This document shows, piece after piece, positions 45,730-58,651 of a DNA stretch of 64,000 nucleotides. Source of the stretch: Phaeosaccion multiseriatum (taxonomy: Eukaryota; Protista; Ochrophyta, other classes); contig OZ218959.1 of assembly GCA_965112735.1 (NCBI GenBank), forward strand, positions 930,001 through 994,000. Direction: 5' to 3'. Each line of letters starts with the position of its first letter. The first letter of the stretch is position 1. The notes under the pieces were generated by a model. It saw nothing but the letters and a program-made list of their open reading frames with translations, was not told where the DNA came from and did not search any database. Position numbers and translations under genes: made by a program.

Positions 45730-46082
45730 GACCCACCCTCTTCGCTCACTCACGCAGAGCGAGTAGGAGGAGGCGCAGGGGGGGCAGGATGAGCGAGAAA
45801 AGGCAAAATTACAACACCCCCCCCCCTCCTCTCCCCCTTCTTCCTTCGGGAGGCAAGCGGTTTAAGTTACGGAAGGTTCTTGGTGTGACTTCGTCGTGGG
45901 TAGACGCTCTATGGCTCGTTAGTCCCCCTGTTGTAGGTGGGGGAAGGGATGGAAATGGGGCGTTCAAGCGAGCACAGTTGGAGTTCCAATTTCCGGCTCC
46001 CTCCTTAACATATCGGCCGTCTCACACAGGAAAGAGAGAGATCAAAGAGGGAAAAAAAGGAAACATCAGGGAGGGGAGCAAC

Positions 46083-47244
46083 ATGTTCGCATCTGCCGCG
46101 AGGGTGGCAGGGAGGGGGGCGGTGAGGAGATGCACAGCGATGGCGCCCCCAGCAGCCGTGAGAAGAATGTCGTCATTAGAAGAGGCTACGGTGAAAGTTA
46201 CCTTCATTAATATTGCGGTAAGAGGGGGAGCGGGGCAGAGACGGTCTCTGAGAAAGATATGCTCGTGGTGCTGCTCTTGCAAGACACCTGAGGGGTTGGG
46301 AGAAGGCAGGCAACAAAGCAAACGAGGGCGGATCCTCTTCCCTCTTCCCCTCTTCCCTCCTCCCTCTCTCTCCGCCCCCTCTCTCTTGGCACTGCACGGC
46401 CCCCTGTGCTCCTGCTGTGCTGTTGACTGTCTCTCTGACTCGCGGCGCCACTTGGCACGTGCACTGCCTGATCTGACGTCGTCGTGCCGTTCATCCTCCA
46501 ACAGGGAGAGCGCAAGACTGTCAGGGGCTTCCCAGGACAGAGCGTGCTGGAGGTTGCGAAACAAAACAAGGTGCGCTGGAAGAGCGAGGCGGCTCTTCTA
46601 TATCTCTGCTTCTGTCTTTGATCTCCCTCGCGGCGTCTGGCGCCGTACGCAATTTCTTTCTTACGTACTGGCGAACGTCCCTCGTTCGGCACCCCCTTTG
46701 CTGCTGCTGCTGCTGCTTTTTGTGCTGCCGCCAAACACGCCCCATGCCTGTCCATCCGATGGTCCGACTGTCCTTCCATCGTCCGTGCAACGCTCAATTC
46801 AGATCGACATTGACGGCATGTGCCGAGGAGGGGGCGACCACTCCAAAGTGCGCCGCTCAGAGAATTGGGAGGAGCACCAGTACGGATTCGGGCCCGCCTG
46901 CTACGACTGCCACGTGCTCATCCCCAGGGACTGGTCGGACAAGGTGAGCGCGGCGGGGTAGGCAGGCTGTGATACATGGGGCGGTGTGCATCTTCCTGCC
47001 CCCTTGGCCCCCTCGCCTGTCTCTCACACACATGCACAATGTCTCTCTCTCTTTTCTCGCAACCTCGCCCCCTCAGGTGGGCAAGGCGGGGCAGGTGGAG
47101 ACGGACATAATGAAGGTGTACCTGGACGAGCTGTACTCCCCAAGGGCCAGCCGCTTATGCTGCCAGATAGAGGTCACCAAGGATCTGGATGGGCTCACGG
47201 TCTTTGTACCCGATAACCCGCCCTCCATGGCCGGCTCAGCATAG
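46083..47244 (+). CDS. Mitochondrial adrenodoxin-like 2Fe-2S ferredoxin with loop insertion
   Basis: Arg/Ala-rich presequence, then VKVTFINIA-GERKTVRGFPGQSVLEVA, IDGMC...ACYDCHV and SRLCCQIEVTKDLDGLTV across 4 exons. Confidence 0.85.
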
Positions 47245-47959
47245 AGGAAGGGGAGCTTCGGAGGGGAGGGGCGAGGGAGAGGAGTGACTCCTGCCCTGCC
47301 GGAAGGGAAGAGGGCAGCGCAGCCATTGGACATTTGCGAAGTGCCAATGCCTGCTTCTGATAGGAAGAAAGCGGTGTGTGTGTGCTTGTGCTTGGAAAGT
47401 GTCGAGTTTAGTCGCAGTGGGAGCGGAGCAAGGAGGAGGAGGGTACGAGCAGCACGCGAGGAGAGGAGAGGAGAGGAGGAGGAGGGGCGGTGTGACAGGA
47501 GCGCCTGACGGGGGGAGGATGATGATTGTAACGTCGAATTCATAGCTTACTTACTACTGACTTGCTACTCGTAAACCATCTTGTTGACTCACTCCCCAAT
47601 GGAGATGTTTCCCATCGCTCAAGACATCGCGTCTCGCGCTACCGCCCCTAACAGTAAAGAGGGTAAGCCACTATCAGTTGTCCCCCCCGTCAGAGAGGCT
47701 CAGGCGCGTCAGCATCGCCCTCATTGAGCCAATCGAAGGCGACTCTCTCCACATCACTGCCCGGGAGTCTGTGTCTGAAGCCCGCACCTTCATTCACCCT
47801 TGCTTTGGTTGCAAGATGGTGCATGGTGCACCTTGTTGGGTATCTGCCGTATGCCTGCACCACCCATCTTTGCCAAGCTTTCAGCCCCCACCTGGGTCGG
47901 TGTATTTATATTCCCTTATGCAGAATTGTGTTCGACGAGCGACGACAGAGAGCCCGTGG

Positions 47960-48252
47960 TCGACCCCTGACACGCTATCCGCTATCACCGGCGCCAGCCG
48001 GCGCCGCACTATCCGCTATCGCGGGCGCCAGCCGGCCTTGGTAGGGTCGAGGGGGGGGGTTGTGACGGCGTGCTATCCGCTGTCGCCGGCGCCAGCCGAT
48101 CCGCTATCCGCTATCGGCCGGTGGCCGATAGCGCGCTATCGGGGGCGGGGGGGGGCGATAGCGCGCTATCGCGAATGTGGGCGATCATGCATAGCGCGTC
48201 AGGGGGAACTTTATTGACTTAATAGGAATCACCTAAGAAACTGAAAGTGTGA

Positions 48253-48286
<34 letters not shown>

Positions 48287-48384
48287 GTGTCGCTGTGTCT
48301 CCGGGGCCCTCGAGGGGCCGGTTACTCCCCCTCTAGGGCGGGGAGGGGGAGTGCGGGACCGGCTCCGCGGTTGAGCCGACCCAG
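47960..48384. mobile_element. Composite interspersed repeat related to 9138-9419
   Basis: Inverted repeat CCCCTGACACGCTAT (47964-47978) / ATAGCGCGTCAGGGG (48191-48205) with internal CGCTATC and GGCGCCAGCCGG repeats. The 40-bp module at 48208-48247 is the exact reverse complement of 9138-9177. The hairpin module at 48310-48384 is near-identical to 9345-9419. Confidence 0.65.
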
Positions 48385-48751
48385 GAAGGCGCGCTCCCGC
48401 TCCGAGAGCCACATCTGGTGGCTGCAGCTGACGAGGCGGCGTAGTCGTGTCAGGACGTGGCCCTTGGTGGTGGAGGAGCCCGTGCGGCCAGTGCGGGTGA
48501 CCACGTGCTCGGCGAGTGCGTGCAGGAGCGATTGCGCCTGTGCGCCGAGTCGGCCGTGGGTCTCGATGGCGAAGGTGGAGAGGCGAACACGCTCTCGGTC
48601 GTAGGTGCCCCTGTAGCTAGCGCGTCAGGGGTCGGAAGGTGGTCACAGTTGGCTTCAACAGTTGGTGCTCTGCAGGCTCTCCTCCCTTTAGTGCTTTATC
48701 CTTGGATGCTGTGGGGATAACAAAGCGCCTTGTGCTGCAAGTGGGTATAGC

Positions 48752-51271
48752 ATGATGCCCTTGGCGAGACGCTTCCTCAAGAGGCCAAGATCTGTGGGCA
48801 GCGGCAGCTTTGCGATCAGTGCGGGCCGGATTGCTGTGCCTCGCTCTCCATTCTCGTCCTCCCCTCCTCCTTCTCTCCTCGCTGCCTTTCCCTTCAAGAG
48901 GGAAAGTACCAATAGACATGAACCCAAGCAAGTAGAAGAAACAGCTGCAGTGGTAGTAGCACCAGGATGCAGCATGAGCAGGCGGTTCATCAGCTCCAAC
49001 GCCGCTTCCGATTACGAAGGGGGGAGGGGCGGCAGCAGTCACAGTAGCAGCAGTAGCAACAGTAGCAGCAGCGCCAGCACCCGCACCCGCACCAGCACCA
49101 GCACCAGTAGTACGAGGAAACACACGAAAGCAAGAGAAGGGGTCGTGTACGGCAGTACCATCACCCCCGTGTTCGAGTGCGCTGAGGATACCCACGACCT
49201 CATCGACCTTCTGCTGCGCGACATTGGACCGGGCCCAAGCAAGCGGCGGGGTGAGCTCGGCATGGCCTTCTTCGACCTCGACGAGACGCTGGTCATGAGA
49301 GACACAAGCCTCATCGACGGCCTGCACAGCACCACGTACGTGTCTCCAGTGGTGCTGTGAGGTGCAATGTGACGTGCCGGTGTGAGGCGCCAGGGTGGCG
49401 GTGACGTCTCAGTGTGCGCTGTCGTCTGTGTCAGGACCTGACTTGAAACGATGTCCTTCCGTACTCATGTCTTTCCGTAACTTCTTCCTCCTCTAATCTC
49501 TCCCCTCTCCTCTCCCCTCCTCTCCCCTTCTCTCCCTCCCCTTCTCTGCCGCCTTCTCTCTCCCTTACTCTCTCCCCCCTTCCCCTTCCTCGTCCTCCAC
49601 GACACACATAGGTCCATCTTCGCATCTGTGGGTCGCTTCGTGCCCAAGCATATCATGGCCCTTGTCCTCACTGAGGCCACTAAAGACTATTACCAAGCCC
49701 CCCTTCGCCTCGTGGACCCCTTACTTGCCCGCGTGATCCGCTCGCTCAAGCTACAGGGGAACCTTGTGTACGGGCTCACCTCCAACCCCCTCGACGCACA
49801 CGCCCACGCCATCGTACAGACCCTAAAGCGCTATCAAATCAGGTGCGGTGTGGTGGGAGGGAGGAAGGGAGGGAGGGGGGCAGGGAGGGAGGGAGGGAGG
49901 GAGGGATTGGAAATTGAACTGGGCATTTGATATTCGGTCCGGGAGGAGAATTGAGGAGCTCGACTTGAGCGGGAACTGGCGCGGGGATCCATGCTGCTGT
50001 ATCACCAACTGCAGCAGCTGCATCACATCACCGGCTGTTGCTGCATCCCTCAGTAAATGTGGCTGCTTCCCCTCCCCCTTGCGTACTCGCCTCCTCTCAT
50101 CGTCTCTCTCCGCTCCTCTCCACCCCCACCTCCTCACCCCTCTTCTCTCTCCGGCGCTCGCCCTCCTCTCCATGCGCTCTGTCTCGACCGCGGCGTGTGT
50201 CGTTCGTCATTTGTCTTGTGATGCGCCGATCTAAATGGGATGATTGGATGAACTGGATGCGGTGAATGGGATGGACACACACGCGCACACACACACACAC
50301 ACACACACAGGTTCTCTGTACCCTTGGTGAAGGGCGAGCTGCCGAGGTGCGGTGCGCTGGTGATGGACCATCCAATCACACACGGTATCGTGTTCACTGA
50401 CAACTTCCAAAAGCACCCGTGCGACAAGGGGGAGGTCATCGCGGAGTTCGTCGCACAGACCATCGCCAAACTCGAGGAGGAGGAGGAGGAGGAGGAGGAG
50501 GAGGAGGAGGAGGAGGAGGAGGAGGAGGAGGAGGAGGAGGGGGAGGAGGAGCAGGAGGAGGAGGAGGAGGAGGAGGAGGAGGAGGAGAAGGAGGAGGAGG
50601 AGGAGGAGGAGGAGGAGGCTTTCCGAGGCGAGGAGGCGGCTGAGGCTGCTGTCCCAGGGGGAGCGGTCCCCGGGGAGGGATGGCGAGAAACATTGGAGGC
50701 AGGGCGAGAGGTGCAGCGCGGGCGCAAGGAAGAACGCGCAGACGGCAAGGAATGTACGGAACAAGAAAAGGAAGACAAGGAAGCAGAGGTTAGAAGGGCC
50801 AATCGCAATAGGAGCATCCGCATCTGCCTCGTGGACAACACCCTGCTCAAGTGCGAGAAGGCACTGGCGAGCTTCTACATCCTCGTCAACGAACAGGAGC
50901 ACGCGGCGGCCCAGACAGTGGCGGGCAGGGGCAAGGCGCACCACTGCAAGGGGATGGTGACAGGGGTCACCATCATCAACTACACCGAGGCAGACAACGC
51001 CGTAGACGAGCTCAGCTGCTGTAAACAGCTGAGTGACATATTCAGGCGCCTGCAAGTGAGTGAACAGAGGGCAGGGGCAGGGAGGGGCGGCGGGAGGAAC
51101 GGGGAAGGGTGACCTGCGCGCTCTGGCCCCTGCTTACAGAGAGAGAATTCACGGGACGGCTCAGCCCCGGAGCAGACGGCTCACTCACGGCTCACTCACG
51201 GCTCATTCACGCCTCACTCATGGCTCATCTCTACTGCGTGTCTGAACGCCACATTTGTCCCTCCCTTCCGT

Positions 51272-51316
<45 letters not shown>

Positions 51317-51467
51317 GCGTGTGCGTGTTGCGTGTGTGTGCGCACAGGGCCGCGGTGTGGTGGGCATCGAGGAGGACTGGCTCAACCCCCTCGCGCTTCT
51401 GAACCGCAGCCGTGACACTCTCTCGCCACCCCTCTCCGCACCCTTGACAAGGCTTGACAAGGCTTGA
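48752..51467 (+). CDS. HAD-superfamily, DUF2608-like protein with poly-Glu insertion
   Basis: Motif I FFDLDETLV, LVDPLLARVIRSLKLQGNLVYGLTS (motif II), HGIVFT..DKGEVI (motif III Lys), ICLVDN (motif IV-like) and VTGVTIINY. Exons approx. 48752-49335, 49612-49842, 50310-51056, 51347-51467. Confidence 0.7.
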
Positions 51468-52649
51468 CAAGGCTTGACAAGGGGAGTCCCTTCTGTCCTT
51501 AGTTTGACCTTTTATTCCAAGAGCGAGCAATCAGTCTCCATTACATCCTTGTGAAGAAAGAGAGCAACAAGGGGGGTACCACCCACTTACCCACCCACCC
51601 ACCCACCCACTCCGCTCATCAGAGAGAGGGGTGCTCATTGGGGCGATCAAGGGCGGAGACGCCCATCGGTATGGAGGGTCAGGAGGGGGAGAAGAAGGCA
51701 TGCAATGCCTCCATCGAAAGATAAATACGTGGCTTCAATTTCGTACACTTACGGTATGCCGCGCCCAGGGCCAGCGCTTCACTCCACACGAGCAGACTGG
51801 ACTTACCATATTCTTCCTTGCTGATCCCCTTTCCCCCTTGACTTGCTGGTGCTAGTACACTTGCCATAGACTTGCTATTGCTAGTAGTACCTTATAGACT
51901 TGCTATTGCTAGTACACATGTACACATACCCCCCCCCTCCTCCCGCCCACATGCTTGCCTCCAACCCTTGACACCAAGCTCGATAAGGAAGTTGGTGCGG
52001 ATTTGACAAGCACGACAAGAACGACAAAACTGACAGATGCAATGCAATGCAATGCAATCCTGGTAACAAAAAAAAGGACGACAAATGTCCCGACCTTGGT
52101 TACTCACCCTCCGCCTTGCTCCCCTCCGAAGCAACGGAGGCACACGACACCCTCCAAGAGCCCCGAGTGCCCCCCTGCCCCCCTCCCCTGAGTCTGATAT
52201 ACCTCTCTCGTGTCTCCACTCTCCTCTCCTCTCCTCTCCTCTCCCCCACCTACCCACCCACCCATACACAGGCCGCTCCTCTCTCCTCTCTCCTCTCTGC
52301 CCTTTCGAGCGGGAGAGGAGAGGAGAGGAGGGGGAAGGCGAGTGCTGGAAGGAAAGAATGGGTCCTTACTGCATGGCACGCACGCACGCACGCACCGCCT
52401 GCCATCTACTGCCATCCGTTGTTGCCCGGCCCATCCCCATGCCCCCCCACTGCTCTTCCACCAGGGCAGGGCCCCATGCGTCCTCCCATCATGACTCCAC
52501 TCACTCACTCACTCACTCACTCACTCACTCACTCACTCACTCATCACTCACTCACTCACTCACTCACTTATTCCAGCCAAGCCAATCCATGCCAACCAAT
52601 CAATCACTGCATCCTTTCCCCCCTTCTTCCCTCCCGATCGCCGCTCCGC

Positions 52650-53930
52650 TCACTCCAACTCATCGGCCCAGGCCAACAAGGCGAGGCTTTCGGAGGCGTC
52701 GAGTCTGTCGAAGGGCCCCTCCAGCCCTTGTTCAGCAGCAACCCCTCCTCCTCCGTCCATCCGATTTTCGATGCCTGAGGACTGTCCTTCGGGGATCTGC
52801 AGCTGCGGATGCTGCTGTATCACCAACTTCTCCTGCCGCTGCCGCTGCATCACGAACTGCTGCCGCTGCTGTTGCATCACGAACTGCTGCTGCTGCCGCA
52901 TCTCCTGCATCTGTATCTGCTGCTGCATCTCCTGCTGCTGCTGTTGCTGCTGCGGAATCACCAACTGCTGCTGCTGCTGCTGCTGCTGTCGCTGCTGCTC
53001 TTGCAGCATGCGCAGCTCCCGCATGTGATACACCTGCCTCCTCCTCCACTGCTCCTGTTGCCACAGCAGAAGCTTCGCATGTTTCTCCCCCTGCTTCCTT
53101 ATCAGACACGAGCAACCCCCCGCCTCGCACCCCTTCTGTCCCTGCCCGCCGCTGTTGCTGGAGGAGGAGGATGAGGAGGAAGAGGAGGGGGGGGGCAATC
53201 CACTGAAGTTGGGCGTGTTGAAGTTCGGCGTGTTGAAGTTGGACGTGTTGAAGTTGGACGTGTTGAAGTTGGACGTGTTGAAGTTGGGCGTGCTGGAGGT
53301 GGCACTCTGCCCCGTGGGGAAGCTCTGTCCGCCCTCACGGCCATAAGCCATCGATGGAGGTGTTGGTGGTATGGCGTGAGTGTTCGCGAATGTCTCCTTC
53401 TCTTCCTCGTGCGCACATAAAGGCCTCCGCTTCTTGCGCACCCTCCCTCCCGTCCCTCCCGTCCCTCCGGCGGCGGCCGTTGCGCTGCTACAATGATTGT
53501 ATGCGAAGAGATGGGGGGGAGGAGAAGGGGAAGGGGAGGGGGAAGGGGAAGGGGAAGGGGAAGAGGAGGGGGAAGAAGAAGGGGAAGGGGAAGGGGAAGG
53601 GGAAGGGGAAGGGGAAGGGGAAGGGGAAGGGGAAGGGGAAGGGGAAGGGGAAGAGGAAGAGGAAGAGGAAGGGGAAGGGGAAGGGGAAGGGGAAGGGGAA
53701 GGGGAAGGGGAAGGGAAGGGAAGGGGAAGGGAAGGGGAAGGGGAAGGGGAAAGGGAAATGAGGACGTCTGCTGGAGTGCTCGGAGGAAGTCTGCGTATCG
53801 ATCGCGTTTCCAACACTGGGAGGGCCTCCTCTCAGCCTCTTGGACACCCCTTCGGAAACCCTCTCGTACCTTTCAGCCGCGGGGGATGCAGGCTCTGGCT
53901 GGGCGGGGAGCGTCCGCTCGTCACCCTGGC

Positions 53931-53969
<39 letters not shown>

Positions 53970-54069
53970 TGCCAGTGTCCGCCTCCCGAACGTTCTCCGT
54001 CTCGTCGCCGCGGCCGCCATCATGCAGAGGGGCCGGAAGCCGCTCGCCACACGCCTGGGGGGACGTACA

Positions 54070-54101
<32 letters not shown>

Positions 54102-55243
54102 GTGTTACTGCTCCTGCTGCTGGTGTTGGTGCTGCTGCCCATGCTGGTGCTGGGGGTGTCGACGGCACTTCTCCTGCCCCACTGGCACTCCCACTGGCAC
54201 TCCCACTGGCACAGGCATTCGCCTTGCTCACGGCCCAAGAGGGGGTTTCCTGCTCCGTGCGGCGTCTCCAATACTCCAAGAGGCTCCGCAGCTGCTGGGC
54301 CTTGTCCACGTAGTAGGAGTGCGAGTAGGCGGAGGCGTGACCGTCCTCCAGGGGTCTGGCCTGGAGGCGCTGGGCCTGCGAGGTGAGGCCCTTAATCTGG
54401 CGGTCGAGCTTGGACACCCACCAGCAGGCGCGAGAGAAGGCGGGCACGTGCATGAGCGCTTCAGTGTCGAAGTCTGTGAGGGGCCTGTCTTCGGGCGGCG
54501 TCCACTGCGTCGGTGGCCTCGCCTCAGGCGGAGGACGAGGGGGAGGGAGAAGCGAAGAAGGAGGGGGGGGGTTACTTCCGACCCTGGGGGCTGCGGTGCA
54601 GAGGGCTGACACACCGGCGGCGCGAGAGCATCCGCGAGAGCTTTTCTTTGTGCGTCTGGTGCCATTGCTTTGCCTGCCCTGCCTTCCCTGCCTGCCCGCT
54701 TTCAAGGAGCTGCTGTCAGAGATGGCCATCACGCTGCTGCTGTTGTTGTTATTGTTGTTGTTGCTACTGATCCTGTTGGAGCTCCTGCCGCCAGACCTCC
54801 GGCAAGGGTTGTGCTTCATGTCCGTGGAAAGAGGGGGAGGAGAGAGCACGCTGGGAGGCGGAGAGAGGGAGGGGGAGGGGGAGAGGGTGGGACGGCAAAG
54901 GTGAGACAAGCCGGGCCGGAGGGCTGGCAGGAGACACTCTTGTAGTGCGGTGCTGGTGTGAAGAAGGAGCGAGCCGGGGGGGGTACAGGAAGGAGAAGGA
55001 GAGAAAGAGAAAGAAGAGAGGACCAAAATTTACCGACATGCTGGAGTAAGAAACACGAAAGAGAGAGAGAGCCCTCCTCGTTTCCCACCTTGAGTTCCCT
55101 GAGTTCTGTTGCTTGTGCGCAAGAGGTTCGGTCTCGCCCCCACTCCCAACCATGCTGCTTGCGGGGGGTGGGCCGGAAGCAGCGGCCTTGTCTGGGGTGG
55201 GGGGAGTGAAAGTCACGCACGGTGTCGTGTCGCCTCCCGCCAT
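52650..55243 (-). CDS. Hypothetical Q-rich protein, multi-exon
   Basis: A globular-looking segment (WTPPEDRPLTDFDTEALMHVPAFSRACWWVSKLDRQIKGL...LLEYWRRR) and a Q/M-rich terminal exon. Exon boundaries and start are uncertain. Confidence 0.4.
53517..53757. repeat. (GGGGAA)n polypurine tandem repeat
   Basis: About 240 bp, almost purely purine on the + strand. Confidence 0.95.
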
Positions 55244-55806
55244 GTCTTCTTCCCCCTTATCTGCTGAATTTGTCTTCTCTTCTTTCCTCCATTTTTTTTG
55301 GACACAGTGGCCTTCCGGCGAGGAAGGATGGGAGACAAGGGGAGATGACGGCAGACGTTCACAGCTGGTGGTGCGGAGGCCCTGCTTTCCTGATCCCGAG
55401 TCTCTCGCGAGTCTGTCGGTCTCTTCTTCTCTTTTCCTTTTATTTTTTTTCAATCGGCTGCGTCGCCATCTGTGAATCTTGGGAGCACCAACGTGTGCAC
55501 ATTCATCGGGCATTTCATCGCATTTCGATTTTTCACTCCTTCCCCCCCTTCATTCCCTAATTCTTTTCAGGAACATCGTGAAAATAAACATTGCAAGGGA
55601 ATAGAGGCAGTAGGGAGCAGCACCATTCCCTTCATCAAGCATCTCAACCTCAAACAAGGGGGGGGAATGTGCTTTTCTTCCCTCCTTTCCTCGTTCCCGC
55701 GAGCCCAAGGCCCCCTTGACTGCTTCAACGAAGGGCGAGGGACACTACGCGAGACACGGAATTGAATTAAACAGCAGTAGCGCAGCAGCAGTAGCGGGAC
55801 TTAAAG

Positions 55807-56542
55807 ATGGCAATGTCTAAAGCGGAGGCGTCGTCGACTCTGGCTTTCGATGTCGGGCTGGTGGTGATGGGCGCGAGTATGCTGGAAAAACATCTGAGAG
55901 AGAAGCTTAACGGGCAGGGCAACGGCATCAACGAATGTCTCGCCTCCATCTCCGGCGACTATTCACACAGACTCCCGAACCACGTCATTCGCAGACTGAG
56001 GAGCGTCGCGAGGTAAGACCGAAGGAAGGGTCCCTCCCTTGATTGGATTGGGAGAGAGACGCTTGGAATGGTCTTTTCTATTGGCGGTCAGAGCTTTGAA
56101 TCTCCGCCCCTGCTTCGAAAAGTGCGGACGACCACAGGCCCCACCACTGCCGTGCTCAATGCCCAATGTACCTACTCCCCCCCCCGCCCGCCCCCCGCTC
56201 AGCCTCCGCAACCGGTGCGCACACAGCATGTGCGGACACAGCATGGAGACAGAAGCCTTCACTGGCGAGGACGATCGGCAGCGCTTCAAGGAAGAGGTGG
56301 ACGACCTCATACTGGAGCTCAAAGAGCACGAAGAGAAGGTGCGGTGTGAGTGGGTGTGGTGTGGATGGGGGGGAGGGGGACGGACAAGCCTCGGCCTCGC
56401 TGTGTTGTTTACTTGACGTTTTAGCTCAGCAAGGCTCAGCAAACGGAAGAGGTCCCTTTCTTCTCATGTGGACAGCCACTGCCACTGCCCCCCCCGAGAG
56501 TCCCGACTTATTCTCAGTGCAATGCTATAATCTTCTGCTGAC

Positions 56543-56578
<36 letters not shown>

Positions 56579-56913
56579 GTGTGTGTGTATGTTCGGGCAC
56601 GCGACTGGCCATGCGTACCTCTGTGCAGCTGGCTAGAATGGAGGCGAAGAGACAGAACTTGAGCCCCGAGGAGACCCTGAAGCAGAACATGCACACCCCC
56701 TCCCCCGAAGCCCCCCCGCCTCCTCCGCGCCAGCAGCAGAGGGTGCCCCCCCCACCCCCCCCGCCCCCTCCTCCCCCTCCTCCTGCTCCTTCTCCCCCGT
56801 ACAGCTTCGGCTCCTCTGGACGAGGGGGTGGGGGGCGAGGAGGCACGGGAGCAGCTTCGGTCTCGCCCCTCTCGTACTCGCAGCAAGCCGGCCTCGGATC
56901 TCCCCCGGGCCCT

Positions 56914-56945
<32 letters not shown>

Positions 56946-57144
56946 ACAGCCGCATGTTTTGACGGCTCCCTCGAGGCTAAACCCCAACTCGGCGCCGTTT
57001 GTGGCGTCGAACTACGGCTTTGGGGGAGAGCGGGGCACAGGAGGGGGGGGGCTTGCGGCCAACAGCTTCCCCTCTCCTGCCGCGGCTCTGGGCATGGTTG
57101 GGCCCCCTTCGATACCCATGCACAGCCAGCAGCAGCAGCAGCAC

Positions 57145-57182
<38 letters not shown>

Positions 57183-58583
57183 CAGGCCCCCCTCCTCCCC
57201 CGTGCCGCAAGAGGAGCCGAAGCAGGGCTACTCTGCCTCCTTCCCCACTCTCGACGGCGCCATGTACGCCAAGAAAGGCAAGGCCAAGGGAGGCAGCATT
57301 CAGCCCCCCCCCCCACCGGCCCGTGTCGAGGATGAGCCCCCCCGCAAGGGCATCGTGGTGTCGGGGCGAGGTGTGACGGTGGACTCAGCGGAGCAGAACC
57401 GTATCAACAGAGCCTCCCGGATCGAGGCTATGAAGAAGGCCAACGCCTACGCCGCCTCCGAGGAGAAGAAGAAACGCATCGAAGAGGCGAGGGTGGCGGC
57501 GGCGGCTGCGGCGGCAGCGGCACCCAAGCAAGTCATGTACGATGGACGAGGAAGGACCATGCAGGAGCAGTACCCTTCTATGAAGCGACAGGTGCTGGGG
57601 GGCAGGGAGCTCTCCCCAGCAAGCCGGGCCAGAGAGCGGGCAGAGAAGCGACGCAAAGCCAAAGCGGAGACGTCTTGGAAGACAGCGGGGTCGTCACGGT
57701 CCAGCAAACTCCCGCACTGGCAGCTGCCGGGGGCCACCTTCAACTCTCTGCAGTGCAGGGGATGGTTCCCTACGGCCACGGCCTTTACGCGACACGCCGT
57801 GCCCTCCTTCGAGTTCTCAGTCATGCAGGACACATCGCATGCCGCAGAGAGGAGGGGCCTGGGCAGGGGAGGAGGAGGAGGAGGAGGAGGAGGAGGGGGG
57901 GGGGAGGGGGAGCGGGTGGAAGGAGTCAAGCAGTGAGACGGGGGCCTTCCTTGGGTATGTGGATGACGACGCCATCATGGCTCGAGCGGTGCAGCTCAGC
58001 AAGGACTCAGCGGAGATTTCAGATGCCGCCTTCCTCAAGGCCGCCATGGCGAGGAGCGCAGAGGAGTTTGAGCTGTACATGGAGGGGAAGAGGGGCTGGA
58101 GAGGGGGAGGGGTGGGGTTAGGCGCAGCCGACGCTTTACAGACCACCATAGCGCGCTCTATGGGGGATGTGGGGGGTCAGCGGGGCATGGGCGGGGCGGG
58201 GCAGGGGGGGGGGGACGACGACGAGGACGTGCAGCGCGCTTTGGAGGCGTCTCTGACAGGTCATGCAGAGAGAGGAGGTGGGGGGGAGGGGGATGAGGAT
58301 GAGGCGCTGAAGCAAGTGTTGGAGGCCTCGCGTCGGGAGAACGAGGAAAAGCAGCGCCTGAGGAGGATGGCGCAGCAGCAGTGGCGCAGGCCCGGCGGGA
58401 ACCCCTCATCACCATCACCATCACCATCTGCAGGACCTGCTCCTGTTTCCAATCAAAGCGGTGGTTCGGACGACGAAGCCCTGGCCCATGCCAGAGCGGA
58501 GTCTCTCAAGGAGCAGCGCCGCCAGGCATACCTCGCTGAGCTCGCGGCTGCTCAGAAGGGGCCCCTGGCCAGGCAGCGCGAGT

Positions 58584-58651
<68 letters not shown>

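Noticed and set aside
53517-53757. Interstitial telomere
   Set aside because: GGGGAA does not match TTAGGG/TTTAGGG-type telomeric repeats; treated as a simple polypurine repeat
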